Shown: positions 7,383-21,326, numbered from the stretch's first letter. The stretch: 64,000 bases of DNA from Clostridia bacterium (GCA_051866635.1 JBJDXJ010000058.1:1-64000), one strand, 5' to 3'. Translations and numbers: made by a program. Notes: a model not told the origin generated them from the letters alone.

Positions 7383-10031
7383 GTGAAAAGAGTGCAAATA
7401 TCAGAATTTTTTAAAATTTTTGACCTTTCCCGTCCTTCTTTGGAAAAGGTCAACTATTATGTTGCAAGTCATGACTACAACAGTGCCAAGAAGGAATTGC
7501 TCAGCTATTTTATCACAAGGAAAAAGTATCTCCTTTCAACTGCTGAGCCAATATGTGAAAAGGATAAAAACTTTCCCCTTGCGTATATTTCAAGGTACTC
7601 TATACTTTCAGGTCCCAATGAGGCTGACTGTTACTTTTCATCAATGTTTGTCACCAAGACTGATGGATATACAACACTAGATGTATTGCCCTTTATAAAA
7701 AACAATTTTTCTTTTATGCTCATGTCAAGGCAAAAGGAATCATCAGGTGCACTTTTTTATTCCCCAAACTCCATCTTTCCGCCATATATATCCATAAAGG
7801 ATAAGGACGGTAAGGAAACTCGTATTTCGCCTGACAAATTTGCCTTCGTGTCCCCCAAAAGCCCCGACGAGCCCCTTTATGCAGAGGATATTTACGAAAT
7901 CTGCGAAGAAAGTGCTTTAGATGAAGAGGCTCTCGGCACAAACACAGGAAGGGTTTACCTTAGCTTTAACCTTTCTGACATCGAAAGAGAAAATATTGCA
8001 TCGGCACGTTTCTGTGCCAAAATTTCACCGGGTAACAAAAGCGAAACCAAGGAAATTCTTCTTTTTAATATTGCGGACAATTCATGGAATCATAACCTTA
8101 CATGGAACAGCATAAAGGGGAATGTATATTCATGGGAATCTTCACCAACGGGACCCTTCTGGAACAATCCCCCGGGAAGTGACAGCGAATATCTTAACGT
8201 AACATGCCGCTTCTGGTTTGCACGACCAATGGCGTACCAGTACTTGTCCGATGTTGATAAAAACAAAATCTATGGGGAAAAGCTTTTGTTCTTAATGGAT
8301 GCCTTTTCCAAGAAGAAGGAGGGCGGTTTCAACCGTGTGCTTGAAACAGGGGAACGGCTTTCAAATTTTGCCTGTGTTTTAAACGCGTTAATTGACACCC
8401 CTGTCATGAATGCTGATTTTCTTGTTTCCATTTTGTGGATGATGTATAGGGACATGAAATCCCTTATGGAAAACCCCGATTTAGGTTGGAGCAACTGGGC
8501 AGTTGTACGAACAAGCGGTCTTAGCAAGGCAATTGACTTTTTGCCCGAATTAAAAGAACACGATGAGTGGAAGACAAAAACACGTTCGCTTATGAGCGAG
8601 CTTTTCGACAGGATGTATTCACCTGATTTTTCATTCCGTGAAGCAGGGTTTGCATATTCCTTCTGGTGCATGGATTTATTCATTTCCGCATTTAAAGTTG
8701 CCGAAATGAACAACGACCCTTACAATGCATTTATGCGAAGCAGACTTGAGAAGGCATTTGACGCTTCTTTGGATTTAATTTATCCGAATTTCTACGACAC
8801 AAACATCGGCGACAGCAATTACTCCGACAAAACAGATTACCTGAAAACAGGCGGCAAACTGTTCCCCACAAAAAAACTTATCAGCTTTGTAAACGGGAAA
8901 GATGATCCATCCGTTCCTCTTTCCTGCATGTATGAAGATGCCTCTGTTTCAGTTTTAAGAAACACCTTTAACAAACAAAAGGGAATGTATATTTTATTTC
9001 ATGAAAACCCCTTTGACGGTCATGCCCACAATGATTTGGGAAGTATGGTACTGTATGCTTCTTCAAGGGTCCTTTTAACAGACAGCGGACGTTACGGCTA
9101 CACAAAGGGTGACATCTCTACCTATCTTAAAACTCCCGCCGCACATAATACAATAGAAATAGAGGATGCAGTCTGCAGTTCACATTCAGAAGCAAAAAGC
9201 AAAATAACCCATTTTGCCTCCAACAGTATGTTTGATTTTACAAAAGGTACAGCTTCTCCATATACTGATATTGACGCTGTTCATCAACGAAGTATCTTTT
9301 TTGTAAAGGATATGGGCTTTGTAATAGTTTCAGACTTTGTAACATGCAGTGAAACGGCACGCAAATTTAATCAGAACTGGAACTTTATGCCCTTTGCCAA
9401 CCCAAAGGTGGATTACAGTAATAACATTACAACTTCTTTTCCCGAAGGTGTCAACTTAACCCTTTCCTGTCCTGCGTCTGATATGGCAAATATTAAAGAC
9501 ACTGTTTTCTCCGCCGGCTACGGTGTATGCGAAGATTCCCAAAAGGGCATTTTCACTAAATTCGGTCAAAACATTTCAATGACTACCCTTCTGCTTCCCC
9601 ACAACGGCGAAGTAAAGGTTTCTTCCGCTTCTCTTAACCCAAAGGATTTATCCTTCGGTTCTGCAATGTTTGACATTGACGGAAAAAAGGCTGTATTTTA
9701 CACGAAAAACACCACAGGCGGAACATTCCTTGATTTCACATTTGACGGAGAAAGTGCATTTATCTTAGGCGACAGAATATATCTGGCATACGGAAAGACC
9801 CTCTCTGCAAACGGTGTCAATCTGATGGAAAGTCCAAAGGAAATCAAGGACATCTATCTTCACGTATCAGGCGGTGTTGTGACAATTGAAAGTTCCTCGT
9901 TAAAGCTTTCTACAAACAGACAGGAGGCTGTTAAAATTTACGCACCGAAAACTACACACGTTCTTTTTAACGGTAACCCCATTCCTTTTACATTATATTC
10001 GGATTATGTTTATGCTTTAGCACCGATTTAA
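7383..10031 (+). CDS. Heparinase II/III-like polysaccharide lyase-family protein
   Basis: 'GHAHNDLGS...LLTDSGRYGY...AAHNTIEI' and 'HQRSIFFVK' Hepar_II_III-type motifs. Confidence 0.75.
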   Translation: MKRVQISEFFKIFDLSRPSLEKVNYYVASHDYNSAKKELLSYFITRKKYLLSTAEPICEKDKNFPLAYISRYSILSGPNEADCYFSSMFVTKTDGYTTLDVLPFIKNNFSFMLMSRQKESSGALFYSPNSIFPPYISIKDKDGKETRISPDKFAFVSPKSPDEPLYAEDIYEICEESALDEEALGTNTGRVYLSFNLSDIERENIASARFCAKISPGNKSETKEILLFNIADNSWNHNLTWNSIKGNVYSWESSPTGPFWNNPPGSDSEYLNVTCRFWFARPMAYQYLSDVDKNKIYGEKLLFLMDAFSKKKEGGFNRVLETGERLSNFACVLNALIDTPVMNADFLVSILWMMYRDMKSLMENPDLGWSNWAVVRTSGLSKAIDFLPELKEHDEWKTKTRSLMSELFDRMYSPDFSFREAGFAYSFWCMDLFISAFKVAEMNNDPYNAFMRSRLEKAFDASLDLIYPNFYDTNIGDSNYSDKTDYLKTGGKLFPTKKLISFVNGKDDPSVPLSCMYEDASVSVLRNTFNKQKGMYILFHENPFDGHAHNDLGSMVLYASSRVLLTDSGRYGYTKGDISTYLKTPAAHNTIEIEDAVCSSHSEAKSKITHFASNSMFDFTKGTASPYTDIDAVHQRSIFFVKDMGFVIVSDFVTCSETARKFNQNWNFMPFANPKVDYSNNITTSFPEGVNLTLSCPASDMANIKDTVFSAGYGVCEDSQKGIFTKFGQNISMTTLLLPHNGEVKVSSASLNPKDLSFGSAMFDIDGKKAVFYTKNTTGGTFLDFTFDGESAFILGDRIYLAYGKTLSANGVNLMESPKEIKDIYLHVSGGVVTIESSSLKLSTNRQEAVKIYAPKTTHVLFNGNPIPFTLYSDYVYALAPI

Positions 10032-10039
10032 AGAAAAGC

Positions 10040-10197
10040 GGCTGTAAAAAAATCTCTAAAAAAATCGTTAAGACCATTTGGGACAGTCCCCCTTATGGCA
10101 AATTGGGAGACAATTTGCCAAAGAAACCTCTAAAGGTTTTGTTGGGACAGTCCCGAAATGGTCTTTTTGTTATCTCAGAGCCACTTTTTTTACAGTC
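10040..10197 (+). mobile_element. MITE-like repeat, copy 1 (long variant)
   Basis: Ends ggctgtaaaaaaa...ttttttacagtc; core shared with four other copies. Confidence 0.85.
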
Positions 10198-10199
10198 TC

Positions 10200-12017
10200 T
10201 TAACTAATTTTATACAGTCCGTGAACATTAAAGCTTAGCTTTCTGTAATTTTCATAAGGCTCCATATTTTCGCTTTTCCATATGAAGGTTCTTACCGCAT
10301 CAGCCCCTTCAACCAAATCTATTTCAAGTTTTTCTCTGTCTGTTTCAATCATTTTGCTTACGGAATTTATCATCTGTCCATCTTTATACACAGCAAGGTA
10401 TATACGCCCAAAAGATAAAGGGTTATAGCGTACAAATTCTGAGACTACTTTTCCATCTTCGATTTTAACGTCAGGCACCTCAAAGGAGGATTTTGTAACA
10501 TAGGCATTAACGCACCAGTTTGCAGAAAGTGCCCTCCACGCCTTAGTACCGTAAGATTCCATATTTGTATAATATGACACGTTTTCCGTATATGGGTCAC
10601 TTGAACCGTACTGTCCGCCTACCCCAAGGGAAACATTTCCCCTCTCGGCAACAGTATACCTTACATATACATCAAAATCACCTGCTACAGGCAATGGGTT
10701 CTCTATCTTATAAACATAATACCCGGGGTTTTCTTCCTTTATTTCGATAAACCTTTCCCCTGTTTCACTGTCTATAAGTGCAACGCTCTGACTGTCAAAT
10801 TCATCGTTTGTAAAGTTCTTAAGGTTTTCTTCGGGGTTATTATCTATAACAATCTTTGCTGTTAATGTTTCGTCGCATATATAAAGCCCGATACAGGAAA
10901 TCACACCGTCTGCGTTGTGGTATCTGTTTGCAGTATATTCCCCGTATGCCCTGTTTGTAAATTTCACGCTTGACACAAGACCCCTTGGTGTATAGGTATG
11001 AACATCGCAATCTGTTAAATCTTCAACTTCATAAGTTGTGGCACTGAAGCCTATGGAGGGGTCCATATATGAAATATATTCATATCCGCCTATGCCAAAG
11101 TCCTCTCCCCAGCTGTTTCTGACTATCCACGCTCCGTTTTCAGGGGTATAAGTTTCCCCATCAAAGGAATATGGTGTAGTGACAAAATTTTCATAAGAGT
11201 AGTTATCGTCCCATCCCACTATTGTTATGGCATGGTTTGTTGAATCTTTAAATGTATATCCGTCATCATTTAATATAACACAGTTACCGTCAGGTGTTGA
11301 ACCATTTATTAAATCCTCCCAGCTTACGCAGTAGGCGGCTGTATCAATGTTATAATACTTTGAGTTTTCCTCTTTTTCGTATGCGTAATAGGAGGCGGTC
11401 ACACCTCCGAACTTAAGTACAGCCTTTTTTATTTTCTCTATGGTATCATAATTTTTAAGGTACTTATACCCATCCTCCAGAATACTGCTCCCGTCATAAC
11501 TATTTGTTATGAAATGTGCTTTTGTAAGTGTTGCCTGTTTTTTATAGCCCAAAAGCCGGCTGTAATTGTATTTTGACCCAAGATAGTTATTATAATCTGT
11601 CTCGGTAAAATCGCAATTTAATACGGGGCCCGATGCCACACTTCTTGAAAAATATGCCGTTGCCATTTCACGGTTGCCGCCCGTGTCACGAGTACGTGTA
11701 TAATGCACATACGCTTCATCATCTGTTTTGTTCATGCATGCCGCCATATGATGCTCTGAAAAAATGCTTGCATAATTGGAAAAATCCCAAAAATCATTAA
11801 AAACGCCTGAAAATTCCATTGAAGCTATTGCCGCATAGCTCCAGCAGTCGGGGTATTTTCGGTCTGAATATTCCTGATTGCGTACACGTGGCAATTTGTC
11901 GGCATACACACTCTCCGTGCTGTTGTAATAATCAGGCAGTGAAGTTGCCGAAGCGGAAACAAAAAGAAGCATAAAGATGCTTACAAAAACTACAAAAATT
12001 TTTATCTTTGTACTCAT
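10200..12017 (-). CDS. Secreted papain-like (C1A) cysteine peptidase with lectin-like and C-terminal domains
   Basis: Signal peptide; 'VRNQ...CWSYA', 'NHAITIVGWDD', 'WIVRNSWG' catalytic motifs. Confidence 0.9.
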   Translation of the reverse strand: MSTKIKIFVVFVSIFMLLFVSASATSLPDYYNSTESVYADKLPRVRNQEYSDRKYPDCWSYAAIASMEFSGVFNDFWDFSNYASIFSEHHMAACMNKTDDEAYVHYTRTRDTGGNREMATAYFSRSVASGPVLNCDFTETDYNNYLGSKYNYSRLLGYKKQATLTKAHFITNSYDGSSILEDGYKYLKNYDTIEKIKKAVLKFGGVTASYYAYEKEENSKYYNIDTAAYCVSWEDLINGSTPDGNCVILNDDGYTFKDSTNHAITIVGWDDNYSYENFVTTPYSFDGETYTPENGAWIVRNSWGEDFGIGGYEYISYMDPSIGFSATTYEVEDLTDCDVHTYTPRGLVSSVKFTNRAYGEYTANRYHNADGVISCIGLYICDETLTAKIVIDNNPEENLKNFTNDEFDSQSVALIDSETGERFIEIKEENPGYYVYKIENPLPVAGDFDVYVRYTVAERGNVSLGVGGQYGSSDPYTENVSYYTNMESYGTKAWRALSANWCVNAYVTKSSFEVPDVKIEDGKVVSEFVRYNPLSFGRIYLAVYKDGQMINSVSKMIETDREKLEIDLVEGADAVRTFIWKSENMEPYENYRKLSFNVHGLYKIS

Positions 12018-12042
12018 CCTTATGCTCCTTCCAAAAGTCTTG

Positions 12043-12270
12043 TTAAAACAAGCCCTTTTTAACTTTTATTCCCACAGGCTTGAAACCCGCCAGAAGAACA
12101 CAGTCATTTAACGCCTTGTCAACAACATTGCCTTCAAGTTTTAATGTTGCACACTTATTTTTAAGGTCAATCTTACAGCTTGAAACGCCCACCATTTTTT
12201 CAAAGGCTTCCTTCATGGTTTTTGCACAGCCTTCGCACATCATGCCTTCAATATAAACTATTTTTTTCAT
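12043..12270 (-). CDS. Heavy-metal-associated (HMA/CopZ-like) protein
   Basis: 'IEGMMCEGC' motif, 75 aa. Confidence 0.88.
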   Translation of the reverse strand: MKKIVYIEGMMCEGCAKTMKEAFEKMVGVSSCKIDLKNKCATLKLEGNVVDKALNDCVLLAGFKPVGIKVKKGLF

Positions 12271-12351
12271 GCTACCACCCCTTAAATTTAATTTATTATA
12301 TCATATTCATTCCTTTTTTTCAATAAAAATATATGAAGGAGTGAAATTTTA

Positions 12352-12909
12352 ATGAAAATACTTCATATACATCCTTTAACAGTACCTGCACTTATACTGT
12401 GCCTTTTTTGGGAAAAAGGTCGAATTTATCCTATATTATATATTTTCATTTTTCTTCACGAATTAAGCCACGCTTTTATGTGCCTTATTTTAAAAAGAAA
12501 ATTTAATAAGCTATACCTTTACCCGTGGGGTTGTATGCTTTCACTCCAATCGTTAAATTTTAAGGATGAAAACAAAATACAAAATATTCTTATTCTTCTT
12601 GCAGGACCCATTTTTAACATTATCATGTATTTTTTCGGAATTTTCCCAAAGGAAAACATTACCCTTGCCATATTTAACCTTATGCCCGTAATGCCACTTG
12701 ACGGCGGAGTGATTTTAAATATTATCTTTCCACGTTTCTCCTTTTTATTTACAATTCTTTTTATTCTTGTACTTTTTATTTTATGCCTGTATTTAAAGCT
12801 TTTCCCCATTTTGCCCATTGTTTTGACTCTCATTTTTATAATCGGCGAAAAAAACAAAACTGACAGAAATCTCTCAAACAAGATAATCGGTCATTTCAGG
12901 GAAAAATAA
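12352..12909 (+). CDS. M50 site-2 protease, SpoIVFB-like (short)
   Basis: HELSH, AGP..N, NLMP..PLDGG; hydrophobic. Confidence 0.85.
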   Translation: MKILHIHPLTVPALILCLFWEKGRIYPILYIFIFLHELSHAFMCLILKRKFNKLYLYPWGCMLSLQSLNFKDENKIQNILILLAGPIFNIIMYFFGIFPKENITLAIFNLMPVMPLDGGVILNIIFPRFSFLFTILFILVLFILCLYLKLFPILPIVLTLIFIIGEKNKTDRNLSNKIIGHFREK

Positions 12910-12972
12910 GTTGAAAACAGTAAAAAAAAATTATATAATAAAAGATACTAATCAACCGAAAGGAATTATGCT

Positions 12973-14797
12973 ATGCTTAACATTGATCATCTTTTGAAAA
13001 ACATACAAAAGCCTGCCTGTTACACAGGAGGCGAATTAAACAGCGTTGTTAAAAATGCCGGTGATGTAAAAATTCGTTACGGCTTTTGTTTTCCCGACAC
13101 ATACGATGTTGGCATGAGCCATCTTGGTATCAAAATACTTTACCACGTTTTAAATGAGCGACCTGACACATGGTGCGAAAGGGTTTTCGCTCCGTGGATT
13201 GACATGGAGGAAGAGATGCGTAAAACATCTACACCTCTTTTTGCCCTTGAAAGCCGTGAAAGTGTACGCCATTTTGACTTTCTTGGCTTTACTCTTCAGT
13301 ATGAAATGTGTTATACAAATATTTTAAATATGCTGGACCTCTCCGGTGTGCCACTTCTTTCCAAAGACAGGAAGGAAGGCGACCCCTTTGTTAACGCAGG
13401 CGGTCCCTGTGCATATAACCCTGAGCCTTTAGCCGAAATATGCGACTTTTTCACCATGGGCGAAGGGGAAGAAGTTATAAATGAGCTTATGGATGCTTAT
13501 ATAGAATGGAAGGAGGAAGGGGGCAAGAGGATAGATTACCTGAAAAAGATTGCCAAAATAGAAGGTATTTACGTACCATGCCTTTATGATGTGGAATATA
13601 ATCCCGACAACACAATAAAGTCCTTTGAGCCAAACTGCCCCGAAGCACCAAAAAAAGTAAGGAAAAGAATTATTGAAGATTTAGACTCTGTCACCTACCC
13701 CGACAAATTTATCGTTCCCTATACAGACATTGTCCACGACCGTATTTCAATCGAAGTGTTCCGCGGTTGTATCCGTGGTTGCAGATTTTGTCAGGCAGGC
13801 ATGATTTACCGCCCCGTAAGGGAAAAGAGCTATAAAACATTAACAGAGGATGCAATAAAACTTATTAACTCCACAGGCTATGAGGAGCTTAGTCTTTGCT
13901 CTCTCTCCACCAGTGACTATACCGAATTTCCTCAGTTGGCAGAAGAGCTTTTAAAGGTTACAGAAAAGGAAAAAATCGGTCTGTCGCTTCCTTCATTAAG
14001 AGTGGACAACTTCTCCTTGGACTTAATGGAAAAGGTTCAGAAGGTTAGAAAGTCAGGACTTACATTTGCACCTGAAGCAGGCACCCAGAGGATGCGTGAT
14101 GTAATAAATAAAAATGTAACAGAGGAGGATTTACTCCGTAGTTCCCGTCTTGCCTTCCATGGCGGCTGGAACACGATAAAACTTTATTTCATGATAGGAC
14201 TTCCCTATGAAACAGATGAAGATATTGTAGGTATTGCCAATCTTGCCCACAAAGTAGTTGAAGAATACTACGCTGTTACAGGTGGCAAGAAACGCCCGCC
14301 CTCAATAAACATAGGTGTGTCAAGTTTTGTACCCAAGCCCTTTACCCCCTTTCAGTGGGCACCGCAGAACACCCGTGAGGAGTTAAGACGCAAACAACAG
14401 TTACTGAAAGATGCAATTACAAACCGCCATGTAAAATACAGCTACCACGAAAGTGACGTCAGCGTATTGGAGGGTATTTTTGCACGTGGCGACAGAAGGC
14501 TTAATAATGTTCTTATAGAAGCCAACAAGTTGGGCTGTAAGTTTGATGCATGGAACGAAACCTTTGACATGGAAAAGTGGCACAAAGCATTTGAAAACGC
14601 AGGCGTGGAAATGAGCTTTTACACCCGTGAACGTGACTACAGTGACCTTTTCCCATGGGACTTTGTGGATATCGGCGTAACAAAGGAATTTTTAATGAAG
14701 GAAAACGAAAAGGCAAAAGAAGCCGCCACAACACCCAACTGCAGGGAAAAATGTTCCAATTGCGGTGCAAACACCCTTTGTAAAGGAGGCAAGTGCA

Positions 14798-14811
<14 letters not shown>
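12973..14811 (+). CDS. TIGR03960-family B12-binding radical SAM protein
   Basis: 'KPACYTGGE', CxxxCxxC 'GCIRGCRFCQAG', C-terminal CxxCG cluster. Confidence 0.92.
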
Positions 14812-17406
<2,595 letters not shown>

Positions 17407-17434
17407 TTAGCCACAAAAGGAGGATTTTACACAA

Positions 17435-19162
17435 ATGAAAACCGCAATAAAACTTATAAAAGCGGCAAAAAAATATTATGTGCATTTAATAATTACCGCC
17501 ATTGTAACTATTTTAAATTCTGTTTTATCACTGTATACCCCAAAGCTTATTTCAAGCCTTGTAAACCTCATTGCAGATGATTCCTCACAGCTTGCTAAAC
17601 AAGTACCCTCTCTTGCAACTACATTTTTGATTATCGCCTTTGGCATTTTTGTCACACAGGCAATAAAGGTATACACAAGCCACTATGCGGCATGGCATTT
17701 TGTTGAGGATATGCGTGATAAGCTATACGACCATATTCAGAGATTGTCACCGGGCTTTTTTTCTGACAAACAGACAGGTCAGTTAATGAGCCGTGTTATG
17801 AGCGACACCGATAATTTAGAGCTGTTTACCGCCCACTGCGTGCCCGACATTTTGGCAAACACCGTAATGTTTTTCGGGGTTATCATAATGCTTTTAACAA
17901 TGAATGTACGCCTTGCATTATACGCAATTTTAACACTTCCCGTTGTAGGTATTTGCGTTTGGTTTTACGGCAAAAACGTACGCCCCCTTTTCAGATGCCG
18001 TCATCAGACAGGTGCCGAAATGAATGGCACACTTCAGGACAATTTCTCAGGCATTAAGGAAATTCAGGTATTTAACTGTCAGGACAGGGAAAGAGATAAA
18101 TTTGCCGAAATGACAAGTGAATATACAACTCTTACAATGGCGGCGTTTAAAAAGAGCAGTATTGTTCACCCCTTTATTGCCTTTTTAAACCAGTTGGGAA
18201 CTGTTCTTGTTATAGGCATCGGCGGCATTATGGCATCAAGAGGCGAAATTGATGCAGGTGAGGTTGTTGCATTTTTACTGTATCTTTCCTCACTTTACGC
18301 ACCTATAAATTCCCTTGCCAGAACAAACGAGGACTTGCAGAACTCCCTTGCCGCAGGGGACAGAATTTTCCAGATGCTTGAGGTTAAAAGCGATGTTACA
18401 GAAAAGAAGGATGCAATAGAATTATACAACTCAAAAGGTGAAATTGCCTTTAATAACGTAAGTTTTTCTTACCCTAACTCCACTGATGTACTTAAAAATT
18501 TTTCACTTAACATAAAAAGCGGCGAAACAGTGGCACTTGTGGGCGAAACCGGCGTAGGCAAAACAACAATCGCATCACTTATAACACGTTTTTACGACCC
18601 TACTGACGGAAATATAACTTTAGACGGCATAGATTTAAGGGATTTAACACTTCATTCCCTCCACGACAACATATCCATGGTTTTGCAGGATGTATTTTTG
18701 TTCCATGGCACAGTAATGGAAAACATAAAATACGGTTCGGAACACGCCACAGACGAGGAAGTTTATTCTGCCGCAAGGCTTGCAAATGCAGAAGGCTTTA
18801 TTTCAGAACTTGAAAATGGCTATGACACAATCGTCGGTGAACGAGGTGTAAGGCTTTCAGGCGGACAGAAGCAGCGAATTGCCATAGCACGTGCAATACT
18901 TCGCAACCGCCCCATACTTATTTTGGACGAAGCCACAAGTGCTGTTGATAACCGCACAGAGCGTCTTATTCACGAAGCTATCGACACTGTTATAGAAAAC
19001 CGCACCACAATCATAATTGCTCACAGGCTGTCAACAATTAAAAACGCAGACAAAATAGTTGTTATTGAAGATGGCGGCGTAAGTGAAATGGGAAGCCACG
19101 AAGAACTTTTATCACTTAACGGCTCATATAAAAAGTTATACGAAACAGGCTTAAAGGCATAA
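17435..19162 (+). CDS. ABC exporter, fused permease/ATPase
   Basis: TM domain + GETGVGKT, LSGGQKQR, ILDEATS. Confidence 0.95.
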   Translation: MKTAIKLIKAAKKYYVHLIITAIVTILNSVLSLYTPKLISSLVNLIADDSSQLAKQVPSLATTFLIIAFGIFVTQAIKVYTSHYAAWHFVEDMRDKLYDHIQRLSPGFFSDKQTGQLMSRVMSDTDNLELFTAHCVPDILANTVMFFGVIIMLLTMNVRLALYAILTLPVVGICVWFYGKNVRPLFRCRHQTGAEMNGTLQDNFSGIKEIQVFNCQDRERDKFAEMTSEYTTLTMAAFKKSSIVHPFIAFLNQLGTVLVIGIGGIMASRGEIDAGEVVAFLLYLSSLYAPINSLARTNEDLQNSLAAGDRIFQMLEVKSDVTEKKDAIELYNSKGEIAFNNVSFSYPNSTDVLKNFSLNIKSGETVALVGETGVGKTTIASLITRFYDPTDGNITLDGIDLRDLTLHSLHDNISMVLQDVFLFHGTVMENIKYGSEHATDEEVYSAARLANAEGFISELENGYDTIVGERGVRLSGGQKQRIAIARAILRNRPILILDEATSAVDNRTERLIHEAIDTVIENRTTIIIAHRLSTIKNADKIVVIEDGGVSEMGSHEELLSLNGSYKKLYETGLKA

Positions 19163-19202
19163 CAAAAATGCTGAACGGAATTAACCGTTCAGCATTTTTG
19201 TT
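19161..19202. terminator. Bidirectional terminator between convergent genes
   Basis: aacaaaaatgctgaacgg-aattaa-ccgttcagcatttttgtt. Confidence 0.85.
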
Positions 19203-19205
19203 GGT

Positions 19206-21326
19206 TTATTCAATTGTTATTTCAATTTCTTCTTCCGTCCTGTTGCCTGCAAAGTCTTCCACGTAAATTGTAACGGGATATGTACCTTTTTCTGTTACGT
19301 CAAGCTCCCTTACATCAGCAGATACAAAGGCATTTAAGTTTACACCTGTTACATCCTCTGCCTTATCGGTAAAAAGTGAACCCCATTTTACAGTAGATGT
19401 ATCAACATTTAATTCCAACGTGGGGATTTCTTCTTTAATTATAAGAGTTGGCGGCGTAGTGCCATGTTCATCATAAATGTATACAGAAAACTTTCTTTCG
19501 TTTGTATTGCCGAATGTATCTGTGACTTTTACACTAAGTGCATCAATATATGCCCCGGTTACGTTAAAGTCTACCCCTTCACAATTGACAACCATTTTAT
19601 CCTTTTCAAATTCATAAAGTGATTCTTCATCTTCACCCACAGCTACCGGGTTTGCTTTTATAAGTATTTCCCCATTTTCTGTTTTGATTTCATAAGTGCC
19701 GTCAACATTATCGCTTGCGGTGAAATATTCCGCCCAGTCAATTTCTTTCTCATCAGTACCCGAGGGGAATACAAGAGGTACATTGGGGTCTATAAGTGCC
19801 ACAGAAGGAGCTACTGCATCAACGGCATTTTCAGCTTTAAGGGATTTTGCAATGTTATCAATTCTGTCAAACAGGTTCTGCTTTTTTGCCTTTACCGCAA
19901 CAGCATACTTTGGTGAACCGCCTACACCGTAAACACTGTTACCGAATATGTTAACGCAAAATTCACCCATAATGCCCATATTTTCAGAAAATTCATTGGC
20001 AGTAAGACCACCTAAAAGGGTAAATACTTCAAGATTGTCCTCTCCGACTTCAGGGTGGAAAATATCAATACCGAAGGTTATTGCTTCACTTGGTGCCATT
20101 GTTTCACGGTATTCGGCAATTGTTTCTGTTCTGCCCATGTTCTTATATAATTCCTCTGTGAAAAGAACATATGCCTTTACTGCAAGTAAGCTTTCCTCAT
20201 AACCAAAACCGCGAAGAAGACCTATTGCATCGCAGGCAGGCTTGCATATTCTGTATTTTGACGCACCTGATACATATTCTTCCCCTGTAAAAGGAATATC
20301 ATCAGGTCTTGGCCAGAACATAATACCCATACTTTCGCCACGTTCAGCCAACACATTTGATGCACCACCCATTCTCCAACGTGCCATATGTGTAAACACA
20401 GATTCTCCGTTACGGAAATATCCGTCAATGCCTGTGCCGCCGCTTGATGCAGTGACACCGAATTTGGCACTTGTACATGAAACAAGCCCATCCTGAATTA
20501 AACCGTCAAGATATTCTGCCGCTTCTATAGCTTCGGGTGTATCAACATTCAAAGCGTTACCGTCATAAATTGCCGCACCGTTTGAATGAAGTGCCATCTG
20601 TATAGCATAAGTATAGTTAGTGTTAAATGGCTGTATGGGGTTGCCTGCTCTACCCTTTTTGCCGCTGTAGTAGTTCTGAATTTTTGAAAGATAATCGCGG
20701 AACACACTCCATGTCCATTTGCCTTCTCTGTAAAGGTCCATTGGGAAAACAGTGTTTCCGTCCTCGTCCTTTAATTCAGGCACAGCTTCAATCATATTAA
20801 TATTAAACACCATAGGCCAGTCGGTAACATAAATAAGGTCACGTTCCATAAAGTAATGGTGTCCGAAAACCTCGGGCATTACAATCCACTCTGCATCAGG
20901 GTGGTCAAATGCTTCAAGATACGGGTCAAGGGGCTGGAGTACGTTTTGTGTTAAAACAGTTGCCTGTGCACTGCCTGACAAAACAGCTAAATGGCAGTAT
21001 GGATCCCCTGCAAGAACAGTCTGCAAACATTCCTGTGTTGCACTGCTGGACCATGCCTTCCACTTAATATCAACGCCAAGCTCTTCCTTTACCGTTTCCA
21101 AAGCCTTTGCGGCGGCAATTCGCCTGTCAGGTGCCATTGTGTACTCCCCTGTGATGGGGTCTTTATAGTGGGGGTCAATTTCCGGTATGTAGTGGTGACC
21201 TATGTAAATAGTGTCAACAATGGGTGCATCGCTATCTTCTTGATTTCTTCGGCTACAGCCGGAAAAAGAGGTAATTGCCATAGTGGCACCTACAATAATC
21301 GCCAATATTCTTCTGCCTTTTTTCAT
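19206..21326 (-). CDS. Sugar-type extracellular solute-binding lipoprotein with C-terminal Ig-like repeats
   Basis: Lipobox FSGC; 'LYREGKWTWSVF'; C-terminal 'TASDNVDG', 'VTDTFGN', 'VEDFAGN' Ig-like motifs. Confidence 0.75.
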   Translation of the reverse strand: MKKGRRILAIIVGATMAITSFSGCSRRNQEDSDAPIVDTIYIGHHYIPEIDPHYKDPITGEYTMAPDRRIAAAKALETVKEELGVDIKWKAWSSSATQECLQTVLAGDPYCHLAVLSGSAQATVLTQNVLQPLDPYLEAFDHPDAEWIVMPEVFGHHYFMERDLIYVTDWPMVFNINMIEAVPELKDEDGNTVFPMDLYREGKWTWSVFRDYLSKIQNYYSGKKGRAGNPIQPFNTNYTYAIQMALHSNGAAIYDGNALNVDTPEAIEAAEYLDGLIQDGLVSCTSAKFGVTASSGGTGIDGYFRNGESVFTHMARWRMGGASNVLAERGESMGIMFWPRPDDIPFTGEEYVSGASKYRICKPACDAIGLLRGFGYEESLLAVKAYVLFTEELYKNMGRTETIAEYRETMAPSEAITFGIDIFHPEVGEDNLEVFTLLGGLTANEFSENMGIMGEFCVNIFGNSVYGVGGSPKYAVAVKAKKQNLFDRIDNIAKSLKAENAVDAVAPSVALIDPNVPLVFPSGTDEKEIDWAEYFTASDNVDGTYEIKTENGEILIKANPVAVGEDEESLYEFEKDKMVVNCEGVDFNVTGAYIDALSVKVTDTFGNTNERKFSVYIYDEHGTTPPTLIIKEEIPTLELNVDTSTVKWGSLFTDKAEDVTGVNLNAFVSADVRELDVTEKGTYPVTIYVEDFAGNRTEEEIEITIE

